A program made the translations under genes and the position numbers. The notes below the pieces were generated by a model that was not told where the DNA came from, searched no databases, and saw nothing but the letters and a program-made list of their open reading frames with translations. From NCBI GenBank assembly GCA_963803975.1, contig CAWDOY010000020.1, positions 17,088 to 81,087 of the forward strand: DNA of 64,000 nucleotides, read 5' to 3'. Below, piece by piece: positions 51,797-63,428 of this stretch (position 1 is its first letter; every line of letters begins with the position of its first letter). The stretch is from an uncultured delta proteobacterium (GTDB lineage: Bacteria; Desulfobacterota; WTBG01; CAIYCZ01).

Positions 51797-52396
51797 TTAT
51801 GTTTCAAGCAGCTCTGTATGCCAGTAGGAGAGATCCACCATGGTGAGGAACGGCAGCCATTCCTTGCGTTGAATCTCCTGTACGGGAACCCTCATAAACG
51901 GAGACCAGCGGGGCTTGCGGGGATGGGAGAGCAGCTTCATGTACGCCTCTGCCGGGGTCTGTCCGCCCTTTTTCTTGTTGCACTGATAGCATGCGCAGAC
52001 AACATTTTCCCAGGTGCTCTTGCCTCCGTAGGCGCGGGGGATGACGTGATCAATGCTCAGTTCATTGCGGGGAAATGTCTTGCCGCAGTACTGGCAGCGG
52101 TTTTTATCCCTGCGGAAAATGTTGATCCGGGTGAAACGCACCTGTCCGTTTGGCACTTTATCGTAGGTGAGGAGCAGGATGACGCGGGGGATGCGGATGG
52201 CCCTCTCTACCAGCCCGATGGTTTCATCCTGGGCATGCACACTGAGTTCTGCCCAGCTTTCAAAGTCAAAGGTCTTGTACTGCTCGTCGATGGCCCGTGC
52301 TATCCCCTGGTAGAGCAGCACAAATGCCCGCCTGACCGAGGTAATGTCAACCGGCAGGTATGACCTGTTGAGAACAAGAACACTTGAGTTAAGCAT
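51797..52396 (-). CDS. HNH endonuclease family protein
   Basis: VLVLNRSY, RDKNRCQYCG, DHVIP, WENVVCACYQCN. Confidence 0.9.
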   Translation of the reverse strand: MLNSSVLVLNRSYLPVDITSVRRAFVLLYQGIARAIDEQYKTFDFESWAELSVHAQDETIGLVERAIRIPRVILLLTYDKVPNGQVRFTRINIFRRDKNRCQYCGKTFPRNELSIDHVIPRAYGGKSTWENVVCACYQCNKKKGGQTPAEAYMKLLSHPRKPRWSPFMRVPVQEIQRKEWLPFLTMVDLSYWHTELLET

Positions 52397-52469
52397 GGGC
52401 TCTATACAGCATCCGTTCTATGGTTACGGTGGTACTTTACTATACATTACCGGCAAATTCAATATCGCA

Positions 52470-53892
52470 TTATGCAGTTTGCGTAAAAAGCGCAATAATG
52501 GCCTTTGCAACCATCCCCGCTTCCTCGGGGAATAAGGTACGCGTATCTATGATGACCCGCTCCCGGTTAATGCGCACAATTACCGGAGGAGTGCCGGTGC
52601 GCAGCTTGCGCTCAAGATCCTGCGGTGACATCGTCTGCGGCGCCAGGGACACTGCCCAGGTCGGGAGATCATGCAGGGGATAGGAACCGCCGCCGATTTT
52701 GGAACTATCCTGCACCACGGCTATGTCCATGGGTATTGCATGTTTTTTCAATGCCCGTGCTATCGTCCGGGCGCATTTTTTCAAGGTGTTTTCTGCAACA
52801 GAGAGCATGCTGAGAACCGGTATGTGTTGGAAGCAATCAGGATCGCAGGAGTATAGCCTGAGGGTGGCCTCAAGTGCTGCAAGCGTCAATTTGTCTATGC
52901 GCAGCGCTCTGGTGAGGGGATTCCGGGCAATGGCGGTGATAACGCCGGTTTCTCCCAGTATGATACCCGCCTGCGGTCCTCCCACCAGTTTATCGCCGCT
53001 AAATGTTATGATGTCAGCACCCTGGTTTACCGCCTCCTGAACCGTCGGTTCATCCTGCAAGCCAAACTGCTGCGGCGGGACGAGATTGCCGCTGCCCATA
53101 TCAAACATCACCGGCAGGTGAAATTCTGTGCCGAGCTGTTTCAGATCGCGCAATGAAACATCTGCGGTGAAACCAACCAGCTGATAATTGCTGGGGTGCA
53201 CCTTAAGAATAAGTGCCGTATGTTCAGTAATTGCCTGCCGGTAATCACTGAGGTGGGTCCGGTTGGTTGTTCCAACTTCCCGCAGCTGTGCCCCGCTCTG
53301 CTCCATGACCTCAGGGATCCGGAACGACCCGCCGATCTCAATGAGTTCACCCCGGGAGATGATAACTTCCCTGCCGCGGGCAAGCGTGCTCAGGCACAGC
53401 AGTACTGCTGCGGCATTATTATTAACAACAAAAGCATCCTGGGCGCCGGTGATCTGCTGCAAAATCTCTCGTACATGGACATAGCGAGAGCCCCGCTCTC
53501 CCCGTTCAAGATCAAATTCAAGATTGCTGTAGCGGGAGGCGGTTTCTGCCACCAGGCGGAGCGCGTGTTCGGCAAGCGGCGCCCTGCCCAGGTTGGTATG
53601 AATGACCACGCCGGTGGCATTTATAACGCGCTGCAGTGAGGGCCTGCCGGTTTTTTGTACTTGAGCGATCACCTGTTGCTGTATATCCTGGAGAAAGACA
53701 GTCCCCGTCTCCCGGGGCTTCGTCAGCAAGCGCCAGCAGGGTGCGCCTGGTTTCCGCAAGGACCCTCTGCACCGCACTGGTAACTGCTGCGCGGGGAAAG
53801 CGCGCGCACAGTTCCTGTATATCCGGCGCCCTCAGCAGTTCATCAACCGACGGTATTTTCCTCAGATAGTCCTGTTTGGAAAGCGGCTTCAT
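52470..53892 (-). CDS. selA: L-seryl-tRNA(Sec) selenium transferase (frameshift near 53700)
   Basis: LRKIPSVD, VINATGVVIHTNLGRA, SRGELIEIGGSFRIP, FSGDKL. Confidence 0.95.
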
Positions 53893-54055
53893 AGATGCGG
53901 TTTGGCAACCATTGGCTTAATTTTTTTCTTTTTAGCACAATTTATTTTCCATAGCAATCTTAAGTTATTCAGATTTCTCTCTTATTTAATTGACTTTCAA
54001 TGATACCTTGCATTAGAATTTTCCAATACCTGTCAAACAACCATGGAGACGTAGT

Positions 54056-55033
54056 ATGAAAATAGTCCTAACCGGGGGTGCCGGCTTTATTGGTTCACAC
54101 ATAGCCGATCTGCTCATAAGCGAAGGGCATAAAGTGGCCATTGTTGACGACCTCTCATCAGGCACGATAGAAAATATTCCACCGGAAGCTGCATTCTACC
54201 AGATAGACATTCGTGACCCGTCCGTAGGCGAGATTTTGCAGCGGGAGGCTCCTGAAGTCATAATACACCACGCAGCTCAAATATCTGTCCGTTGCTCAGT
54301 TGAAGACCCCATCCATGACCTGGAAATAAATATCCGGGGCACGCTCAACCTCCTCCAGGGCGCGGTGCAGCATAATGTCAAAAAATTTATTTTTGCCTCA
54401 ACCGGCGGCGCCATCTATGGTGAGCAGGACTATTTCCCCGCTGATGAAGAACATCCGCAGCGGCCCATCAGCCCCTATGGCGTAGGGAAGCTTGCTGTTG
54501 AAAAATATCTCTATTGCTATTATACTGTATATGGGCTCAGCTATACGGTTCTGCGCTACAGCAATGTCTATGGGCCGCGTCAGGACCCCCATGGTGAGGC
54601 GGGTGTGGTGGCGATCTTTGCGCTCAAGATGCTTGATAAGGGCAACCCCGTCATCAATGGAACCGGTGAGCAGACACGGGATTTTGTGTATGTCAAGGAT
54701 GTGGCCCGGGCCAATCTCCTGGCGATTAACAGTAATGTTGCCGGAGCAATAAATATTGGCACGGCGCAGGAGACGTCGGTAAACCAGCTCTTTTCCCTGT
54801 TAGCAGGGCTCACCGGCTCTCAGGCGCCGCAGCCCCACGCCCCCCCGATTCCCGGCGAGCAGCTGAGAAGCGTTATCTCCTGGGAGCGGGCCCGCACGGT
54901 TCTGGGCTGGTCACCGCAGGTGGCCCTCGAAGCCGGGTTGAGCGAAACCGTAGATTTTTTTAAAGCAGCACGCGGAAAAAACTCCCGGAACAATAATGGC
55001 TTTGCAAACGTTAAGGGTACGGTATCGCCATGA
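54056..55033 (+). CDS. NAD-dependent epimerase (UDP-glucose 4-epimerase-like)
   Basis: TGGAGFIGSH, STGGAIYG, YGVGK, NVYGPRQDPHGEAGVV. Confidence 0.9.
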   Translation: MKIVLTGGAGFIGSHIADLLISEGHKVAIVDDLSSGTIENIPPEAAFYQIDIRDPSVGEILQREAPEVIIHHAAQISVRCSVEDPIHDLEINIRGTLNLLQGAVQHNVKKFIFASTGGAIYGEQDYFPADEEHPQRPISPYGVGKLAVEKYLYCYYTVYGLSYTVLRYSNVYGPRQDPHGEAGVVAIFALKMLDKGNPVINGTGEQTRDFVYVKDVARANLLAINSNVAGAINIGTAQETSVNQLFSLLAGLTGSQAPQPHAPPIPGEQLRSVISWERARTVLGWSPQVALEAGLSETVDFFKAARGKNSRNNNGFANVKGTVSP

Positions 55034-55320
55034 CTAATAAACTCCCTGAACATTCCAATATTGTAAACCTGAACGAAATCAGGGCTCACAAAAAGCCCGG
55101 CATTATCCAGTTATTAAAAGACTCCCGCAAAACTGCTCAGGCAATTGCAGCACACGTCTGCCTCATCTGTAACAGCAATAAAATGTGCGTCAATAAAACG
55201 GGCGTTTGTGCCTCGTGCTATGATACGGTGTTGAACCGGGAAGAAAAAAAGGTTGCTCAGGAAGAAGCGCAGCACAAACAAATTAAAATTACGGTAACTG
55301 ATGATCGCTGGGAAGATTAA
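55030..55320 (+). CDS. Hypothetical protein with CxxC..C..CxxC motif
   Basis: ATGA-coupled to the epimerase; CLIC, CASC. Confidence 0.6.
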   Translation: MTNKLPEHSNIVNLNEIRAHKKPGIIQLLKDSRKTAQAIAAHVCLICNSNKMCVNKTGVCASCYDTVLNREEKKVAQEEAQHKQIKITVTDDRWED

Positions 55321-55702
55321 ATGCGTCGAGATCGTTTTTTAAATGCCGGCACGGTTATAGCCGTATGTTTCATGATTGTTGTTTGCTTTTCCTCTTGAGA
55401 ATGGCTGGTGCTGGTGGTTTCAGCAGTCTGATGAGGCCCTTCTGCAGAGTGCCTTGAACAGTGATAACCCCCGAAAGGTCGAAAAATGCCTGGACACCTT
55501 CATTAAGAAAGAAAATTATTCAGCTATACTGCAGATCAAGCAGCATGCAAAAAGGATGCTTCAGGTGGAGCGTGGCGCGCTCGCCCAGCAGCAACAGATT
55601 AATGCTGCGGTCATTAAAAAGCGCCTTGCCCCGTGGAAACAGATAGAGCAAAAGGCAGACCGGTTTTTTAAGCGAACCACGGTACAGCCGCAGGGAAAGT
55701 AA
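55321..55702 (+). CDS. Exported hypothetical protein (5' end probably frameshifted)
   Basis: ATG immediately after the previous stop; ORF 55376-55702. Confidence 0.45.
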
Positions 55703-55746
55703 CATGCTGCACCATACAGGGATGCACCCGCATCAGGAGAGGCACA

Positions 55747-56403
55747 ATGCATAGAAAAAGCATCATTATCATAGCCGCCATTATACTGTTTGCTACCGTC
55801 TATCAGGCATTTGCCGATTATTACGTTATTCGGCTTAAAAATGGCAAAGAGATTGCGGTGCAAAAATACTGGGACGAAGGCCCTAAAATCAGGTTTTACC
55901 GGGACGGGGGAAGTGTCGCTATTCCCAAAGAGGACATAAAGGCCATTGAAAAACAGGGCGGGACTCCTGCCGCGGAGCCCCCGGGAGCAGATGCAGCCGC
56001 GCTGCCGAACATAGCGGAAACTGCAGGAGACCAGAATCCTCCCCCGTCCCCGACACCCCCGGCAAAGACACAAGAAAATGAACAGGCAGAGATTAAAGAA
56101 CGGCTTGACATCATACAATCAAATATTACAACCTTCAACGAGAGAAAAAATTCTTATCTGAAACAGAAAAATGCTGCCCAGGAGGTAAAGGTAAACGCTG
56201 AAGTGCGCATCGAAAAATACCGCGCAGATTCCTACATGACCTCCGAAGATCGCAAGCAGTCTATTGCCAGTGAAGAGCGGAAAATAAATGATGCTGAAAC
56301 AAAAATCAGGGAGGCTGACCGTCAGATTGGTTCTCTTGAAGAAATGATTGGCAATCAGGAATCAATAAGGAATAATTTAGAAGACAAACTGAGCCAGCAA
56401 TAA
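55747..56403 (+). CDS. Exported protein with Pro-rich linker and C-terminal coiled coil
   Basis: Signal peptide, IRLKNGKEI, coiled-coil tail; AGGAGAGG RBS. Confidence 0.7.
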   Translation: MHRKSIIIIAAIILFATVYQAFADYYVIRLKNGKEIAVQKYWDEGPKIRFYRDGGSVAIPKEDIKAIEKQGGTPAAEPPGADAAALPNIAETAGDQNPPPSPTPPAKTQENEQAEIKERLDIIQSNITTFNERKNSYLKQKNAAQEVKVNAEVRIEKYRADSYMTSEDRKQSIASEERKINDAETKIREADRQIGSLEEMIGNQESIRNNLEDKLSQQ

Positions 56404-56419
56404 AATTGCTATGCTGCCA

Positions 56420-56466
56420 CAATAAAACGGCACAGAAATAACAGCTATCCCTGTGCCGTTTTATTG
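56420..56466. terminator. Bidirectional intrinsic terminator
   Basis: CAATAAAACGGCACAG...CTGTGCCGTTTTATTG between convergent genes. Confidence 0.75.
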
Positions 56467-56490
56467 CACATAAATCCCGCGTTCAGCTGT

Positions 56491-56763
56491 TTATTCGCTG
56501 TTCATAAAAAACAGGTAGATGATAAACACCGCCGCGAGGCTGAAGCCGATAAAAAGACAGAAAACATCAAAAAACTGGATATTCATGATGCTGCTTCCGC
56601 CCTGAGGGAACTGTTTCATGAGGCTCCAATATAAGGCAATGCTAAAAGTAGCTACAAGCCCCAGCTTGAGACGTGCGGAGATGATGCAAGCCAGCGCAAT
56701 GAGGCCGAGCAGAATAACCTGCCACAGCGGGATTGAAACTTGAATTGATTGCAAGGCTTCCAT
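56491..56763 (-). CDS. Small 3-TM membrane protein
   Basis: 90-aa hydrophobic ORF; possible sigma54-like site TTGGCATAATAATTGTA at 56821-56837. Confidence 0.6.
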   Translation of the reverse strand: MEALQSIQVSIPLWQVILLGLIALACIISARLKLGLVATFSIALYWSLMKQFPQGGSSIMNIQFFDVFCLFIGFSLAAVFIIYLFFMNSE

Positions 56764-57057
56764 AACAAATACCCCCGTTTAAAGCGGTTTTTTCAATTAT
56801 TTCTATATCATATTAATAAATACAATTATTATGCCAACGCGCAGCGCTATCTATCATGCTGTTTTTACTATTTAATTTACTTTGCTATGATGAAACCACT
56901 ATATTATCCGATTAGGTATTACAAAATAAAACATACTGCTGCGCAAAAGCGAACTGGAGCCCCGGCCAGGGCAGAACAGGTGATATACTGGTAGTGAAAA
57001 CAGCTCCCTTGGCCTTTTACATGAATAACGGGTTAATGGTGAATTACAGGGAAATGT

Positions 57058-57438
57058 ATGAACAAAGAAGCTAAAGAGAAAAGAATATCTTCCAGAGGAG
57101 CGTTACAGGTAAGTGCCCGCTGCAGGCTGAAAAACAGACAGAGAAAATGTTATATGACCAATCTGAGTGTGGGCGGCTGCCTGATCTACTGTTATTCTTC
57201 TGCTGCTATCCGTGCCGGTGAAACACTGGAAATTTCCTTCAGGCTTAATAATGCCTCTGAGGAGATCGTGGTCGAGGGCACGGTTGCCCGGGCTATGCCG
57301 TTTAACCGTGGCGCACAAGATATTAATCACACCCTGGGAATACGATTCTCTGACCTTACGGAAAAGCAGAAGAAGGCAATAGTCAATTTCATTCATCAGT
57401 ATCTTGTTGATATGAGGCAGGACCAGGCGGTCAGTTAG
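57058..57438 (+). CDS. PilZ domain protein
   Basis: RxxxR (KRISSR), NLSVGG, GIRF. Confidence 0.85.
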   Translation: MNKEAKEKRISSRGALQVSARCRLKNRQRKCYMTNLSVGGCLIYCYSSAAIRAGETLEISFRLNNASEEIVVEGTVARAMPFNRGAQDINHTLGIRFSDLTEKQKKAIVNFIHQYLVDMRQDQAVS

Positions 57439-58450
57439 CAGGCACCTGAGACCTACCTGACTGCTGTATAGCGCCGAGGATCTCTTGTGCAAGCTGCTCT
57501 CCGGTTTGAACGTTTGAGAGACCGGTAACGCACACTATATAATTTCCCATCAGTGCCGCGACAATATTTTTCTGATACTGCTCGTGCGCAGTAAAGCTTT
57601 TCTCCCCAACTCCCGCACGGGGAATAACCTTTTCACCAGCACCTGCCAGGTATTTATTATACTCCACAAATGCAGCGCCTGCCTGTGCTGCAGCGGGAAA
57701 GAGCACGATATAGGCTTTAATCAGCTCCTGGTTACGCTGGTAGTCACGCGCAATTCCCCTGGGCAAAAATGCATGGCCGAGAACTCCACCCACCATATAG
57801 TTTTCCGAGCCGGGCACGTGGCCGGTTGCGGGGAAAAGCCCCAGTATCTCAGGCTTGGAGTTCCCCCCCGGAATCCTGTCAGCAACCATGCGGGCAGCAG
57901 TTTGCGGCACTGAGCGGTTTCTATCGCCAATAATGCGCGCCTGTATTTCAACGTAAAACCGGCCCTTGTAAAAAACAGCAAGCTGTTCATTGCCAAACGA
58001 TTCAGCACCGATGCCAAGCCCTGCGCTCGCGGGATCTTTCTTGGAAGTAAACATGCCGAAGGCACTGAGCGCGCTTCCCATATCATAAATATCAACCGTG
58101 ATGCCTTCCTTCTGGTCTGCAGTGCACACATACTCAGCACCATGCAGCTTCACAAAGCCGTAGGCAATAAACTGGTCTGCCGCACCGTCTATGTAGGTGT
58201 ACAGCTTCTCAGGCGTATAGGCATAGGATGCACCGCTGCGCTGCCAGCCGCTGATTTCATTAATTCCCGGCAACATATTTTCAAGTGACCCTGCGGCGCC
58301 CTTCCCTGCCGCTTCAGCATAAAGCTGCAGCAACAGGAAGAGCATTGAGCCGTACAACAACCCGAAAGCCAGCAGCCTCCGGAACAACAGCCGCCGTTCA
58401 TGCCAGCAGGCGGTGGGCATAGCGCATCCTTTCAGCCAGGTTAATACCAT
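57431..58450 (-). CDS. Exported protein (DUF6599-like)
   Basis: LYTYIDGAAD, DIYDMGS..AFG, FYKGRFYVEI; start uncertain. Confidence 0.65.
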   Translation of the reverse strand: MVLTWLKGCAMPTACWHERRLLFRRLLAFGLLYGSMLFLLLQLYAEAAGKGAAGSLENMLPGINEISGWQRSGASYAYTPEKLYTYIDGAADQFIAYGFVKLHGAEYVCTADQKEGITVDIYDMGSALSAFGMFTSKKDPASAGLGIGAESFGNEQLAVFYKGRFYVEIQARIIGDRNRSVPQTAARMVADRIPGGNSKPEILGLFPATGHVPGSENYMVGGVLGHAFLPRGIARDYQRNQELIKAYIVLFPAAAQAGAAFVEYNKYLAGAGEKVIPRAGVGEKSFTAHEQYQKNIVAALMGNYIVCVTGLSNVQTGEQLAQEILGAIQQSGRSQVPAN

Positions 58451-59607
58451 TTACGCAGCGGCAGGTGCGGTCGCGGCAGGTTGCGCAGGACCGGGCATTT
58501 TCTTCGCACCCGAGGTCCCGGTACGTGGCGCGGGCAAGCTCTGTGTTGCCATATCCTTCATGATACATAAGTGCCCGGTTAACGATCGGAATCGCCGTCT
58601 CATACGGGCAGGTCCCACGGCATTCCCCGCACCTGAGACAGTAGCGATCCTTAATTGAGCTGTAATAGGTGTCAAGCACCTTCCGTTCACTCCAGCCGAG
58701 TTTCTTGCCCACAGCTCCGGTATTTTCCACGACCTGGTCTATATTCACCATCCCGGGTATCGCACAGTCAACAAAATCCTTCTGCAGCACCCAGCTCAAA
58801 GCGGCCTGGTACGGGCTTAAAGAGCCGCGCCGCGCATCCTGATAGCCGCCGGCCTGCGTTTTCATGGCAATGATGCCGATGTTCTTCTGCCGCGCCTTTT
58901 TCAGGGCTGCAACATGTTCCGGCGGACTTTTAAAATTAAGCGCTGCTAAAAAAACATCATAGCATGGTGCCTGAAGCCCGGCATTTACCACATCAACCAG
59001 GGTTTTTCCGTCATGGAATGAGATGCCGACAAAGCGCGCCTTCCCCTGCTTCTTCATCTTCTCAAGAAATTTCAGCATCGGCTCATAGGTTGCCCACTCC
59101 GGCTGCACAATATTATGCAGGAAGAGCACGTCCACATAATCTGTCTGCAGCCTTTTCAGGCTCTGGCCCATTTTCTCTTCCATTTTTTCGGGCTTTTCCA
59201 TGGGCATCGTGTCCTTTGCTCTGAAGCTGTAAACCGGCGCAATCTTGGTGGCGACAAAAACTTTTTTTCTGCCGTAATCCTTTAATACCTTCCCGAGCAG
59301 CTCCTCGTTTTTGCCATTCTGGTACATCCAGGCGGTGTCAAAATAATTAATGCCCCGGTCCAGCGCCTTGAAAAGCACCGCCGGGTCAGTCAGCGTCATG
59401 ACCCCGAAGCTCACCGCTGACACCTTCATGCCGGTTTTCCCCAGGTCGCGGTATTCCATGGTCGCCGTGCTGCTGCTCTGCGCGGCAGCATGGTACTGCG
59501 GCACGTGCGCTGGCTACATCAAGGGCATTGAGCACCAGACCCGCCCCTGCCACTGAAACGCTCATATCCCGTAAAAACTGCCTGCGGTCTATTCTCTTCT
59601 GCTTCAT
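58398..59607 (-). CDS. Tat-exported aldo/keto reductase with C-terminal Fe-S domain (frameshift near 59505)
   Basis: DRRQFL Tat motif; LGKTGMKVS, DTAWMY, ATK, AMKT; CLRCGEC...CP. Confidence 0.85.
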
Positions 59608-59707
59608 ATGCACCTCGTAGTGATAGTAGATGATTGTGTATGGGTACCTGCTGATATATGTAATATATTGTCCTTTAAACGGGAAGTAAAAAATTATCTA
59701 TGCACGT

Positions 59708-59810
59708 TCGGGACTCGTGAACAGTGAACAGTGAAAAGTGAAAGGTGTAAGGTGAAAAGGCTAAAAGGTCAAAAGGTTAATAGGCCAAAAAACTAAACCT
59801 CTTCACCCTA
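59708..59810 (+). repeat. Low-complexity 7-8-mer repeat element (GTGAACA/GTGAAAA); inverted copy at 63332-63420
   Basis: CTCGTGAACAGTGA...AATAGGCCAAAAAACTAAACCTCTT matches the reverse complement downstream of carB. Confidence 0.6.
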
Positions 59811-60056
59811 AATCAGTGACCAGTGACTCGAACTCATCTTTGTGCCTCTGATCACTCGCCTACTCACGCTACCTTTCACCAATTGATTTGCCTTTTCACC
59901 TCTTCACCTTTTACCTCTTTACCTCTTAACCCCTTCACCGATTCACCGATTTGCATATTCCGATTGACACTTGCAGGTAAAATCTTATATCCTCACAGTC
60001 CCAAACATACAGCTCACTCCATTTATATATTATTGATAGCTCTGAAAGGACAGCCA

Positions 60057-63000
60057 ATGCCAAAGCGAAATGACATAAAAAAGGTAATGATAATCGGTTC
60101 CGGCCCCATCGTCATCGGTCAGGCCTGCGAGTTTGATTATTCGGGCACCCAGGCATGCAAGGCCCTGCGCAAACTCGGATATAAAATTGTGCTCGCCAAC
60201 TCAAATCCCGCTACCATCATGACCGACCCCGGCATGGCTGACGCCACCTATATCGAGCCGCTGACCGTGGCTGCCATGGAAGACATTATTGCCAAGGAGC
60301 GGCCTGATGCGATACTGCCTAACCTCGGCGGCCAGTCAGGCCTTAACCTGACCTCAGACCTGGCCCGCAAGGGGGTGCTGAAAAAATATAATGTACAGGT
60401 AATCGGGGTCCAGGTTGATGCTATCGAGCGCGGGGAAGACCGGCAGGCTTTTAAAGATACCATGAACCGGCTCGGCATCGAGATGCCGCAGAGTAAAATT
60501 GCCTACAGCATCGAAGAGGCGGAAGCCATTGCCCAGGAGCTTGGCTATCCGGTGGTGGTGCGTCCGGCCTACACCATGGGCGGAACCGGCGGCGGTCTCG
60601 TCTACAACCAGGAAGAGCTGCAGGTGGTGGCCAGCCGCGGCCTGTCCGCAAGCCTGGTCGGCCAGGTGCTGATCGAGGAGTCGGTGCTCGGCTGGGAGGA
60701 GCTGGAGCTGGAAGTGGTGCGCGATGCCAAAAACCAGATGATTACAGTCTGCTTCATCGAAAATATCGATGCCATGGGCGTGCATACCGGTGACTCCTTC
60801 TGCGCGGCACCCATGCTGACCATAGACCCGAAGCTGCAGCAGCGCCTGCAGAAGTATTCCTATGATATTGTCGAAGCCATCCAGGTCATCGGCGGCACCA
60901 ACATCCAGTTTGCCCATGACCCTGAAACCGGCCGCGTGGTGGTGATTGAAATCAACCCGCGCACCTCGCGCTCCTCAGCCCTCGCCTCAAAGGCAACCGG
61001 CTTTCCCATCGCCATGGTGTCGTCAATGCTTGCCGGCGGGCTTACCCTTGATGAAATTCCCTACTGGCGTGAGGGGACCCTGGAGAAATATACCCCCTGG
61101 GGTGACTATGTGGTCATAAAGTTCTGCCGCTGGGATTTTGAAAAATTCAAAGACGTTGAGGACAAGCTCGGCACCCAGATGCGGGCGGTCGGCGAGGTCA
61201 TGAGCATCGGCAAAAACTACAAGGAGGCGGTACAGAAATCGATCCGCTCCATTGAAAAGGGGCGCTACGGGCTCGGGTTTGTCAAAAACTTCAACCAGTT
61301 ATCGCGCGAGCAGCTGCTCAGGCTGCTCTCCGAACCCACAAGCGAGCGGCAGTTCATCATGTACGAGGCGCTGCGCAAGGGCGCAGGCGTTGACGAGCTG
61401 TTCCAGCTTACCTATATCAAGCCGTGGTTTATTCAGCAGATGAAGGAGCTGGTGGAGCGAGAGGAAGAAATCCTGAAACACAAAGGCACCATGCTGCCGG
61501 ATGACTGTTAATAACAAGCCAAGAAGGACGGATTTGCAGACCGCTATCTGGCAAAGCTTCTCGGACATTCCTGAGGCCACGGTCAGGGAGCGGCGCAAAG
61601 CCCTCGGTCTGAAACAGAGCTATTGCGCGGTGCCGGTGAGCGGCGTGGAAAATGCCGCATATTATTACTCAACCTACAATGCGCCGGATGAAGTTCCCAC
61701 CAGCGACAGGAGAAAAATCATGATCCTGGGCGGCGGCCCGAACCGCATCGGCCAGGGCATTGAATTTGACTACTGCTGCGTGCATGCGGCATTTGCCCTG
61801 CGGGACGAGGGCCTTGAAACCATCATGGTCAACTGTAACCCCGAAACCGTCTCCACTGATTACGACACCTCGGACAAGCTCTATTTTGAGCCCCTCACCG
61901 TGGAGGATGTGCTGAGCATCTATGAGAAGGAACAGCCCGAGGGCGTGATTGTGCAGTTCGGCGGGCAGACGCCGTTAAACATTGCCAATGAGCTCTATGC
62001 CGCAGGGGTTAAAATTTTAGGGACAACGCCTGAGACCATAGACCTTGCCGAAGACCGCGATCGCTTCCGCAAGGTGATGAAGAAGCTGGGCATACCGCAG
62101 CCTGCATCAGGGATGGCGAAAACCTTCGATGAGGCACTGGAGATTGCCCATGAGATCGGCTATCCGCTCATGGTCAGACCCTCCTATGTTCTGGGCGGGA
62201 GGGCAATGGAAGTTGTCCATGACGAGCAGATGCTGAAACACTACATGGAACGGGCGGTCGATGTAACGCCTGAGCGCCCCATCCTTATTGATAAATTCCT
62301 CGAGAACGCCATCGAGGCCGAAGCTGACGCTATCTCAGACGGCACTGATGCGTTTGTGCCGGCAGTCATGGAGCACATCGAGCTCGCGGGCATCCATTCA
62401 GGTGATTCCGCCTGCGTGATACCGCCGGTGAGCATCCCGCAGAAGCATATTGAAACCATAGATGAGTATACGCGCAAAATCGCGCTTGAGCTGCACGTGG
62501 TAGGGCTCATAAACATCCAGTACGCGATTGCAAACGATACGGTCTATATCCTTGAGGCAAATCCCCGTGCATCACGCACCGTGCCGCTGGTCTCCAAGGT
62601 CTGCAACATTCCCATGGCGCGGCTGGCAACCCAGGTGATGATGGGCAAAAAACTTTCTGACCTCAAGCTCAAGCGCAGGCCCATCCCGCACTTTGGCGTG
62701 AAAGAGGCGGTGTTCCCCTTTAATATGTTCCCCGAAGTTGACCCGCTGCTGGGACCGGAGATGCGCTCAACCGGTGAAGTCCTGGGCATGGCTGATTCAT
62801 TTGGCCTGGCCTTTTACAAAGCCGAGGAAGCTGCCAATCAGCGCCTCCCCGTTGAAGGCACGGTGCTTATTACCGTCAGCGAAGAGGAGCGGCCTGCGAT
62901 CCTTGATGTGGCCCGGCGCTTCCATGACCTTGGCTTCAGCATCGCAGCAACAGACGGCACACAAAATTTTCTTGCCCAGAACGGCATCGAGGCAAAGCAG

Positions 63001-63258
63001 ATCAAAAAAATCCAGGAAGGCCGTCCGAACATTGTTGACGCTATGACCAATAAAGAGATACAGCTCATCATCAACACCCCGGTGGGCAAGCTGAGCAAGC
63101 ATGATGACTCTTATATCCGCAAGTCGGCAATTAAATTTAAGATTCCCTACATAACAACCATCGCTGCCGCCCTTGCCGCTGCCCGCGGAATTGAAGCATT
63201 TAAAAAGGGGCGCGGTACGGTAAAATCCCTGCAGCAGTATCACGAAGATATTAAATAG
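60057..63258 (+). CDS. carB: Carbamoyl-phosphate synthase large subunit (frameshift near 61500-61560)
   Basis: MPKRNDIKK, GQACEFDYSG, GPNRIGQGIEFDYCC, LGPEMRSTGEV. Confidence 0.97.
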
Positions 63259-63428
63259 GGGGAGGCAATAGGCAGCAGGCAATAGGCGAAGAGTAGGAGT
63301 CGGCAATGGTGAAGCGGTCAAGAGGTAAAAGGTAAGAGGTTTAGTTTTTGGCTATTGACCTAGCTGACGTTGACTTTCACTTACATTCACTTTCACTATC
63401 ACTGTTCACGAGCCCCGAGTCACGAGTT

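Noticed and set aside
51797..52396. HNH nuclease as a defence or mobile system
   Set aside because: Ordinary stand-alone HNH family gene among housekeeping genes, with no methylase, repeats or insertion boundaries.
59823..60056. N-terminal extension of carB given by the ORF track
   Set aside because: It translates low-complexity repeat DNA. The real start is MPKR at 60057 with a GAAAGGA RBS.
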